Assembly: GCA_905178155.1 (NCBI GenBank)
Contig: CAJINV010000005.1
Span: forward strand, 4,775,394 to 4,839,393
Reading direction: 5' to 3'
Length of the DNA: 64,000 bases
Source of the DNA: Amoebophrya sp. A120
Taxonomy: Eukaryota; Protista; Dinoflagellata
A program made the position numbers and the translations under genes. Positions 50,901 to 61,313 of the stretch are shown one piece after another; the first letter of the stretch is position 1, and every line of letters begins with the position of its first letter. The notes below the pieces were generated by a model. It saw nothing but the letters and a program-made list of their open reading frames with translations. It ran no database searches and was not told where the DNA came from.

Positions 50901-51645
50901 CGGCTGCTCACGCACTTTCGTCCGCAGTTTCTCCATGTTGTTCGCTATCAACTGTAAAAGTGTCTGGGTCTGGAAGAATCCAACTTGTCATGCTGATTTT
51001 GGATTCTAAAAAAAATCTGTATTGCATGAGCAGCAGCAAAGAGAGTCCGAGTTTTGCTACACGGAAAGAGCATTTGTCATACGGTATAGGCATCAGGAAG
51101 CCCTCACAAAATCTGCGATGCTATGGCATGCATCACAGACATCAGGAGTCATGCAAAATGTGCATGACAAACCTGGAAATCTTCCATACCCAGACATTTT
51201 TACATTTGATATTCGCCAACTCCGGACAATTCCCGTAAAAGCGAGACGTCGCGGTACACACGGTGGATTGCGCACGCGCTATCAAATGCAAAAGTGTCTG
51301 GGTCTGACAAAGTGGAACTTGTCATGGTAAATCAGAATCATGCAGAAATCTGTGTTGCATGGTGACCAAAAGCTGTCGACTTTCGACCAAGTTGAGAAGC
51401 AATTTCTGATGCGGGACAGGCATGATGGAGACCTCACAGAATCCGTCATGCTAGGTTCTGCATTCCAAACCTCCTTGGCCATGCAAAATGTGCATGACAG
51501 GTCTTGCATTCTTCCAGACCCAGACATTTTTGCATTTGATACGCGCCCAGTTGATGTGAAATCGCGCAGGGGCTTGCTGCTGCTGCACTACAGCAGCGCC
51601 GACCATAGTCGGAGAGGCGGTGGTGGCGATCATGGTGGGCTGCAT
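47915..51645 (-). CDS. Paralog 2 of the discoidin-like protein, with an inserted EF-hand-like segment
   Basis: Shares NWARAQST, RFYGN, NVLDG.NFSWWGSAAN, LHQVQCWGPGD, DALLRGTM and LAVLPCCFCLA, and several GT-AG intron positions, with 44209-46025. Has an extra DRDDGIIQRGEFENW segment and 5 TIR introns. Confidence 0.75.
48370..48622. mobile_element. Introner family I
   Basis: Homologous to 34699-34950; TSD ATGTG/ATGTG; restores EQAH|ARQQ. Confidence 0.9.
49053..49275. mobile_element. TIR element family L forming a canonical GT-AG intron (49052-49276)
   Basis: TIR TATCC(T)AGGGAAGAAAC; no TSD; minus strand reads GCA|GTATCC...GGATAG|TAC in frame. Confidence 0.8.
50586..50870. mobile_element. Introner family C (orientation opposite to 7293)
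   Basis: Long TIR TATCCTGAGTAAAAACGTACCCACACCAGAGT; TSD TCCCA/TCCCA; restores PMG|LTKK. Confidence 0.93.
50946..51211. mobile_element. Introner family A
   Basis: TSD TTCGC/TTCGC; very similar to 23889-24150. Confidence 0.93.
51280..51541. mobile_element. Introner family A
   Basis: TSD CGCGC/CGCGC; restores NWAR|AQST, identical to the uninterrupted paralog. Confidence 0.95.
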
Positions 51646-52208
51646 GGTTTTTATTTGCAGGGTTTTGATCGTTCACGAGTCTTAACGACACCACGCACGA
51701 AAGGCAGATGAAGTGTTCTTCTAAGAGTTGGATGACCACACTCAAAAAGGTTGAATAATACTTTTCTTCTCTCCAAGTTGTACAGTCCTTTTTGATGACA
51801 GAGTACTCGCTCAAATTTCAAGGCATGTAGACAAGATTTCGTTTTGACAAAGCACATTTGAAATAGAAGTACTCAGCAAAAACTTCCTGATTGGCTTGGT
51901 GAACGCCTCAACGCGAGAACGCAACCTGCGACAAAACTGCAACATTGCTTGCAGAATGCGCTCTTCACACGTAAATGAAAGTGGAAGTGCGATAGACAAC
52001 TTTGAAAGTTCTGATCCATGAAGAAAAGCCGTTTTTCCGCAACAAAAGAAATGGTGCCAAATCTTCTTCACTCAAAATATGAGACATAAGTTCGGGGTCG
52101 AATCGAAGCTGTTCTCTACTTCTTGAAACAGTCTACAAATATTAAATGAAACTGTGAATTCTGTTTCTGGACGAAACTGCTCCCGCTTGTCCAAAATAAA
52201 CCCGTCTA

Positions 52209-55200
52209 TCATACAAAAGTTTCCTCCAAATCTTCCATCGTTTTGGACCCTAACCTTCCCAAGGTCGTTTTCCGTAGCACCTGATTCGACACTGGGGCAA
52301 TGCTATCGTCTTCCTCATTTTGAAGTCCCTCGTGCATATTATTACCAGCCCCGTCCTCCTCTGGCAGCGGCGGCGTTTCGCCCGAGGCCGGCATAGACGA
52401 AAACCCAAGGTTGGCGGTACTACTTGCGTATGGACTGCAAAAATGTCTGGGTCTGGAAGAGTGCAGGAGTTTGTCACGCAGATTTTGCATGACCCATGAG
52501 GTCTGTGATGCATGCCCTAGCATTAGAGATTTTGCGAGGGCTTTCTGATGCTCATACCGCATGAGAAATGCCCTCTCCGCGTAGCACAAATTACACCTCT
52601 TTTGCTGTTCATGCAATACAGTTTTTATGTAGATTCCAAAAGTAGCATCACAAGTTGTATCCTTCCAGACCCAGACATTTTTACATTTGATATTGAATCT
52701 GGGGGCGTCCCCGAACCCTCTTCGCCATACAGCCCCGCACCAGAGGACTCTGGATGCACTGCAGCGAGAGATTATGCTGAGTAAAAACATCCCCACCCCA
52801 GAGTTGTCATGCAAATCAGCATGCCAAAAAAGTTTCTCATGCGAAGCCCCATGAGAAGCATACTCTAGTTCTGTTTTGGAGTTTGTGTTGCTAGAATCAG
52901 CATCATATGCTAGATCTGTGATGCTGCTGAACTAGCGAAACAGGATCACACTATGAGGGCAGACTTGTCATGCGAAACAGCGAAGGCTAGTCGATTTGTC
53001 TAGCAGATATCCCATCTTGACTCTGGTGTGGGGACATTTTTAATCAGGATAGAGATGAACTTGAGGGTATGAAACTACTGGTGCTACTGGAACTTTGCTC
53101 AAGGTTGACCGCCATGTGCGACCGAAGGTTCAGATCTCCCTGATCTAAACTGGACAGATTGAGTTTACTATTGTTCATCATCATCCCAGCTGATTTACTG
53201 TTGTTGGTTGCGAGTTGATTCATTGGCATCATACTATTCATCGTACCAGCAACCGCCTGTTGCGCGGAAATGCGGTTTTGCTCCTGGATGAGCTCTTTGG
53301 ACCATCTATCCTGAGTAAAAACGTACCCATACCAGAGTCAGGATGGGGATTTTGCAACACAAACCTAGGAGTTTTAGGAGTCACGCATGACAAGTTTCAG
53401 TCCGTAAGGTAGTGCAAGTTAGCAAGGAAAGCCGCATCACAAATCGACCTTCTGATCCTGTTTACAGCATTGCAAGTTCCCAAACACGATTGAAAATGCC
53501 TGTCATGGGGTTGCGCATCACAAATGTTCCTGTCATGGCAAATCTGCATGACAACTCTGGGGTGGGGANCAAGTTCCCAAACACGATTGAAAATGCCTGT
53601 CATGGGGTTGCGCATCACAAATGTTCCTGTCATGGCAAATCTGCATGACAACTCTGGGGTGGGGACGTTTTTACACAGGATACCATCTCTGCCGAAGAAT
53701 GGATTCCTTCCGTTTATACTCCTGTTTCAAAATCTCGAGTTGCTGCGCGTATTCATTCCCGTGCTGCACATACTCCTCGTACAATAACTCCTCTATCTCT
53801 GAAATTCGGTCCAATTTCAGCTTCGACTGCGTCGTCGTTGTGTTCGCCGGGGTGGAAGTAGCAGTATTACCTGTAGTGTCTCCTCCGACTTCGTGAGAAG
53901 AGGAGACCACACCTCCTCCTGTTCCAGCGTTGTAATTCCTGTCCGCTTCCATACCAGTTCCTCCCCGGAGTTGCACAGACATAGAGCCACCCGGGACCAA
54001 ATTCGAGGAGCTGCTGGAGGATGAACCTGTTACTCCCGCGGAAAAAGAACCTCCACCGTGAACACCGTCTATGACCCCGTCGTCCCTCTGATGTCCTCCT
54101 AATCCTGCTAAATTCGACGATTTGTTCATAGTCGCCTTGTCCTGCTGCACCACCGATTCCGTTTCTGATTGCGAGCCGCCGGAGATCGTGTGCTGCATTG
54201 CGGAAATTCCGTCCAAGGATCTTCTCAAATCCTTCATTTTTTCCTGCTCTTTCACCATTTCCTCGGATTCCAGCATCTCCAGCTTCATCACGTTGCTACT
54301 GCTCGACTGATTCGATATTGTAGGCAGTATCACGTTGGCTGCGATATTTGTACCAGCTGCTGTAGCAGCACCACTTGGTGCATTGTTCTCGTCGCTGTTC
54401 GCCCCCGCGCCAGCGAGGATTTCTTTCGAATTCGTCTGATTCCTCTGCAACAGATTCAGCGGCGAAGACACAGAGTGGTGAATGTTCAACGGAAGATGAT
54501 GTTGCGAAGAGCCACCGGGTAATTGAGCTGTTTGTACTAAACCGTAATGTAGAAGCTCCCCCCCTGGCTTATTCATCGACCGCGTCAACCCACCAACCGC
54601 TGGGTTCATCTGTGCCGCGTCGGCTACTCGTAGTGACATGGTTCTCTCCTTCTGTAGCGACCACCGCAGCATGTCTCTTTCCAATTCCAACCGCGCGATG
54701 ATCGCTTGGCACTTTTTCTCCCGTTCTAACAGGATTTCCTCCGTCTCCGACAAAGGTTCTAATTTCATGGAAACCCCGGTCTGCATCAACGGCAGCATTC
54801 CAATCGACTCGAATTGCTCCCGGTTTGTCATACTGGAATCAGACTGATATCCACCGGTAAAAATATTACTGGCAGTGCTGTACCCCAATTGCTCGCCACG
54901 CCTGGATCGGGGCGTCTCAATCCTATCCAACGCATCCATCACCTGCCGATTCTTTTCCGGCCCGGCGCGGACCACGTGCTCCTCTTCCAGCACCTCCAAG
55001 CTCGGCTTGTCGATCCGATTGGACTCCATCGTGGAGCCGGTCGAGTGATAGGTCGCGGTGGGGGTGAGAACCGAAGGAGCGGGATTTTGGTTATTAGTGT
55101 GCATGGGGGAGGGTTGGCGCTGTGGTATAATATTCCGATTCGAGGAAGAAGAGGAACCAGCATTGTCCAGATTCAAAACCGTGTTGATGTCGAGTTGTTG

Positions 55201-58200
55201 GCCACCACTGCGGTTAGATCTGGTAGCCGGAATCGGGCTGTCGGTGCGAAGGTTCTGGAAAGGGTGCTGTTGTAGTTATAAATTTCGAGTGTACTTTCCT
55301 GTGCGCCTTCAGCCGAGGGGGCGCTTCATGCAGGAAAAACGAAACATATGAAAAAGATGAAAACCGACAAGCACTTTTAAAGTCCAACACACCATGCGCG
55401 TCGGCAAAAAAAACGCGCGCGCAAGAAAAAATCGCACCCCGGAGCCCTTTAGCCGACCTAACGCCTGACGTTACAAACATGGGGCATATCAGAAAGAAAT
55501 TGGACGACTCAGTGCGAAATCCGCCATACCGCGCAGTCCGGCAAGAAAGAAGCCGCCCTTTTGCAGGAAAAAATCGCACCCCGGAGCCCTTTAGCCGACC
55601 TAACGCTTGATGTTACAAAAATGAGGCCTATGAGAAAGAAAACAGAGCGACAAACTCCAAAGCTAGCATACCGTCCCCGTCCGCAGACAAGAGAGCTCCC
55701 TTCTGCAATCAAACAACACAACCCGGAGCCCTTTAGCCGACGGAACGCTTGACGTCGCGAAAATGGGGCACATGAGAAAGAAAACGGAGAAGCAAACTCC
55801 AAAGGCAGCATACCGTCCCCGTCCGCAGACAAGAGAGCTCCCTTCTGCAATCAAACAACACAACCCGGAGCCCTTTAGCCGACGGAACGCTTGACGTCGC
55901 GAAAATGGGGCACATGAGAAAGAAAACGGAGAAGCAAACTCCAAAGGCAGCATACCGTCCCCGTCCGCAGACAAGAGAGCTCCCTTCTGCAATCAAACAA
56001 CACAACCCGGAGCCCTTTAGCCGACGGAACGCTTGACGTCGCGAAAATGGGGCACATGCAAACTCCAAAGGCAGCATACCGTCCCCGTCCGCAGAAAAGA
56101 GAGCTCCCTTTTGCAGTCAAAAAACCACACCCCGGAGCCCTTTAGCCGGGGGCACGCTTGATACAGTAAAAATGGGACTCTTGCAAAGGAAAACCGATAG
56201 GCAAACTGGAAAGTCAGCATGCCGCCCCGGTCTTCAGGAAGCAGCGCTTTCTACTGCAATCCAAAAAACACACCCCGGAGCCCTTTAGCCGGGGGCACGC
56301 TTGATGCAGTAAAAATGGGACTCTTGCAAAGGAAAACCGATAGGCAAACTGGAAAGTCAGCATGCCGCCCCGGTCTTCAGGAAGCAGCGCTTTCTACTGC
56401 AATCCAAAAAACACACCCCGGAGCCCTTTAGCCGGGGGCACGCTTGATGCAGTAAAAATGGGACTCTTGCAAAGGAAAACCGATAGGCAAACTGGAAAGT
56501 CAGCATGCCGCCCCGGTCTTCAGGAAGCAGTGCTTTCTACTGCAATCCAAAAAACACACCCCGGAGCCCTTTAGCCGGGGGCACGCTTGATGCAGTAAAA
56601 ATGGGACTCTTGCAAAGGAAAACCGATAGGCAAACTGGAAAGTCAGCATGCCGCACCGGTCTGCAGGAAACAGTGCTTTCTACTGCATACCAAAAAACGC
56701 ACCCCGGAGCCCTTTAGCCGGGGGGACGCTTGACGCAGTAAAAATGGGACTCTTGCAAAGGAAAACCGATAGGCAAACTGGAAAGTCAGCATGCCGCCCC
56801 GGTCTTCAGGAAGCAGTGCTTTCTACTGCAATAAAAAACCACACCCCGGAGCCCTTTAGCCGGGGGGACGCTCGACGCAGGAAAACTGGAGAAGTCCTTG
56901 AAGAAGATGAAGAAAACAGAAAGGCAATTTCGAAAGCCAGAGCACACCATGCGCGTCAGCATAAAAGATGACGCACCTTTCCAAGCAAAGACCCCATCTC
57001 AGGGCCCTTTAGCCGACGAGGGAATGCTGTTTAGAAGCACCGCAACATTTATTCATTTTCTAGTGGGAAGATGACCGACCAAACAACCTTGAATAAAAAG
57101 CAAGTACTTACCATGCTCAAGTTGCTTTCCTTCGACGCCTGCGCCATGCCCCCAGTCCCGGCCGCGTCGCCCGCGTTTCTAAATTGATTCGGCTATCAAA
57201 AGGAAAAATCCCCCCTCCCCATATCGAAAACGAAATTTGTGATGCTGTATTTGAGTACACAAATCGACTTGTCATGCTAGAAGGCCAAGAGACGCAGCTG
57301 CGGCCCCCTTTGCAGACAATTTGTCATGCTGTTTCCCACTTCCAGCTGCCCCCTGTAATGCTGAAGATGCAAGGCTTTCCCACGCCAACCAGCACTACAG
57401 TCCGCATCTTTTCCCTTCTAGCATGACAAAGCTGATTTGTGACCACAAATCTGCATCACAAATTTCTAGTTTGAGTATGGGGTGGGGAGATTTGTCACTT
57501 TCATATCGGCGGAATCGTGTTCATATTCCAGAGCAAGTTCTCCGTCAACCCCCTGCCGCGTTCCGGTGCCAGCTCAGCAGTGACTATTGGCGTTCGCGCG
57601 ACATCATCTGTTATGGTTGTCTCTCCGCTTTCGGCCGGCCCGCTCTGAAGACTGAAGTTATTACCAGTACCGTTGTTGCCCACCCTGACCCCGCTTTGTT
57701 CCGCATCCAACTCCAGTTCCTCGGTGGTTTCTACCCCATTCAAATGAAACGTGGACATCGGGCCTTTCGAATACGCTCGCTTCCCCCGCAGCACCGGCGA
57801 CTCCGGGGAGTCGATGCTGATATCCCGCACCATCGGACTATTGGACGATGTTGTATTCATCTTCGCGAAGGTCACGGTAGCAGGACTGGGAGTTGTGGTA
57901 CTAGTTGTTTTCATTTCGGGATGGTTTTGCAGCAACGCTGTTGTGTGTATCGTTGTTGCCGTGCTCGTCCCGGCGTTGAGAACTGGCGCCGCGGAACTAG
58001 TAATACCGTGGTGCAGCTGCGACTTCCCCACAGCATCTACTGTTTTACCCCCCGAAGTGGTTCTCGTCACTCCAGAAAGTTGTTGTGCCATTTGATGTTC
58101 TACTTGCCCGAGTTGTAGTTCAGAACTCGGGTCCGGACTCGTCCCAGTTTCCGTCAGTAAATGTTCACTCGAAGTGGAGGACACCGATTCGATCCCGGGG

Positions 58201-60143
58201 TTATTGTAATATACCCCCTGCTGCCCATCGACACCAAACGCGAAACTCTCGTCCAGAGCGTTTAGCAGAAACCCGCTTGGGCCTTGTGTGGAGAGCAGGA
58301 TTTTATTTTGCAGTAGTTTCAATCTTTTTTTCTCCTTCGAAAAGAGTTTTTGCGTCTTCTCAATGTCATTGAAAATCTGCTGGAGAAATTTCTGCACTTT
58401 GGTCTTCTCGTTGCTCATGTCGCTGTGCACCTGCTCGAGGTGCTGTTGGAGCTCCTCTTCTAGGAGAACCGTCATATTCTGCACGACGGAGTTCAACCGC
58501 ACGCCCAAGTTGTTCGTCGTGGCATTACTGGCAGTGGTGTTCCTGTTCAAATTGTTCTGGAGCATAAGATTCTGTTGATGCTGTTGCAACATCTCCTGTA
58601 CACCCCCTTGTGCGCCGGAAGTAAAGTTTTGAAGATCGTTTACCTGTTCTGCTGCGCCGACCACAATTTCTCCGGTCGCTCTGGAATTCAGATCCATAAA
58701 ATCCATATCTGGCGTGTTGCACGGCGGCGCGATTATATCATGGTGGTGATGATAGTGGGGTTTCTTGCTGCGAAGATGTTGACGGTTATTCAACACATGA
58801 TTGTTGTTGTTCCCAAGTAGCATGTTCATCGGGGAGCTGTTTGGCGAAGGTGGCTGATTCAACATCTCGAAATTGGATGTGACTATCCCATTATCAAACC
58901 CGGCAGTTGTTGTGCTATAGGCATGATTCTCATTTTTGAGCGAGTTGAAGCTCCCTCTTGACACCCGATTTCCGTACAGCGACCCTGGCGAGAACTGCCT
59001 CAAATACTCCGGACGTGGCGGTGGCTCGGAAAGAGGCGGAGAAAACCCTCTAGCTTGATGTTCTCGTCGACCTACTTGCCAGCCTACGTGGTCGTTAGGC
59101 GACGTGCTTCTTGATCTTCTGGGAAAAGAACTGCTAGACGTGACGTGCAGCGCATCGACATACCGCAAGTTATCGCCTAAACCAGGATTTGACGACGTGA
59201 GAGACGCCTTCCGTTTGTCTTTAAAGCCTGTTTTCATACTACCATGGTTAATTTTGTGCCGTTCTCTGCTTGTTTTCCTCCTGGATTTCTTTTCATCTGG
59301 ACGGCGGTCGCCTTTTCTTCGCGAGGAAGCAGACCTCGTAAGATCATGTTCTTGGCTGCCTTTTGTGGTCTCCTCTTTCGATCTGCTTCCCAATCTTCCC
59401 GGCGCGAACAAAATATCTGGTGCAACGTAGTTCGCCGCTCGCTGCAAGGTCACCCGAATTTGGATTTTCGGTTCCGTTTGCCCGGCCGTCGCAGTTGTAC
59501 CACGATCCGATCCCGGATCGAGGATCCAGTTTGTATTGTTCCCTACCGCAGCAACTGATCCCCGGGTCGGTGTCGCATTCCCCGGTACCACCCGCAAGGC
59601 CTCGTACTGCTCCAAACATTCATCATACGACCAGTCCTGCAGCAAGTCCGCTAGCGGCTCGGGAAGATAGAAAGTGAGCTCCTTTTCCAGCTTTTTTCCG
59701 ATAATCGAATCGTCCTCAGTGATGCTTTTTCTGGTGTAGCCAAAAATGTCCGAGATCGGTAGTGGAATGACACAGATGTGACTGCCGGCGATGGCCTTAT
59801 CACTTCCCCCATACTGCACTTGTGGTTGAAACAGAATCCAAATGACAAATTTGGAATCTTTGTTTTCCTTCACGGTGTTGTCATAAGTAAACGACCTCCC
59901 GCGCCAGGTGAGGAGGGAGTCCAGGACTTTTGACGTGAGAATCGGCGCGTCAGAAACCGATTCGTTGCCGTCTTGGTTCGCCCAGGAAGTTTGAAACATC
60001 ACCTTGGTTCCTTCCTGGACTTGCAGGTCGACGTTTTGAACTTGAAGGAGGTCCAGGGTGATGGTAGTGGTCTTGGCGGATTTGGTGTTTGGCTGGTGCT
60101 CTGAAATAGAGCTGGGAAGCGGGTCGGGGGATGTGCTCGTCAT
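52209..60143 (-). CDS. Large low-complexity/coiled-coil hypothetical protein, possibly with an N-terminal C2-like domain
   Basis: The 880-aa and 501-aa ORFs join in frame through TIR intron 57194-57505 and GT-AG intron 55267-57111. Three more TIR introns link to the stop at 52209. Confidence 0.7.
52429..52692. mobile_element. Introner family A
   Basis: TSD TTGCG/TTGAA; frame restored. Confidence 0.87.
52773..53051. mobile_element. Introner family C
   Basis: TSD GAGAT/GAGAT; frame restored. Confidence 0.9.
53307..53682. mobile_element. Introner family C (length inflated by a probable assembly duplication at N53569)
   Basis: TSD CCATC/CCATC; near-identical to 50586-50870; restores RQRW|SKEL. 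Confidence 0.9.
55400..57020. repeat. 142/143-bp tandem repeat inside a GT-AG intron, about 11-12 units, two subtypes
   Basis: Invariant core CCCGGAGCCCTTTAGCCG; repeated ORF starts at 56219, 56362, 56505 and 56648 give the 143-bp period. Confidence 0.93.
57194..57505. mobile_element. Introner family B
   Basis: TSD TCGGC/TCGGC; restores TIPP|NQFR. Confidence 0.9.
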
Positions 60144-61313
60144 TTTGTGTGTGTGTGTGTGGGGACGTGGGGTTGATGTTGTTTTACTGCTTGTGATGGT
60201 GGTGCTTCAGTTCGCGTCAGGGAATTGGAAAAAAAAAACAGAAAGTCCTTCCCTCAAGGAAGCAAAACGAGGCTGATGGGAGGGGAGGGTCAAAAATACA
60301 GGGGGGGAATATGTTCGTCAGAGTACCATTCTCACCGGGGGTAATTCTTACAAACCGAAAAAGCTCAAACTCATAGCAACTTACTGCTGCAGCGCAATTT
60401 TTGAGATCAATTTCAGGCTTATCTGCATTTGAGAGCGTCTGTTTCCGAAAAAAGGCGTTTTCTACCAGCGGACAGACATGATTGTAGACTCTTTGCCAAG
60501 AACGCACGACACAACGAGCGAAAAGAACGATTGCAACGAACGGACAAAATGTGAACGACAACGAAGACCACGCTGCGAAAAGTAGTACGATAGATTATTT
60601 ATTTGTAGTAGAGTACGTATTTGTGACGAAGACAGTGCGTGCGAGCGTCTTGTCAAAAGCAAATCGCTTTCGCCACACACGAACTGCTTCGGTGAGCAAG
60701 AGTATGCCGCTCGATTGGCGCCTTTCAACGCGTTCACTGGTCTGACTTTTCATGAAATCAGAGGGAAAATTATCGAAATTGTTCACGCACGCAACGATTC
60801 GCACCAATTTGTCACTGGCTTTTCTTCTGATACGGGTCAATATGTCCAAGAAAGGAGATGGCCCCTCATCTGATTCGATCACGAACTTTACGCACTTACG
60901 TTGAACTAGAAAGCTCCTGTTAGCTCTGAGTAGATACACAGTCAAACTTTAGATAGAGTTCTAAACGATAGGTTGGAGAAAAAGCAAAGCTCGGGTCCTT
61001 TCACAAAAGGAACGACGACCTTTACGGAAAATAGTGATCGGTCTAATTGGACGCACCACTGGAGCAATACATAACGGGTGTCGTCGAATAAGGAACAGCA
61101 CACAGTGCAGACGGAATATTACCATCATCTTCTTTCTGGAACTGTGATCGCGTCTTGAAATCGACGTTGGAAAGATCTGCTAAGCGGCGAAATTCAACAT
61201 TCGTAGTTCAGCTGGCCGAGTTCAGCGGGTCGGCGACCGGAAGATGATCTGGCTACCTCGAATAAATTGGTTTGCGAAGCTACTGTGGGAAAAATGCAAA
61301 AATCGGGGGAATT

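Noticed and set aside
1868-52692. Recurrent peptides such as MSGSGR and LPDPDIF in many short ORFs
   Set aside because: These are translations of the family A terminal inverted repeat, not a protein family.
53470-53665. About 95-bp internal duplication in a family C element
   Set aside because: It is centred on the N at 53569 and absent from the near-identical copy at 50586; probably a contig-join artefact.
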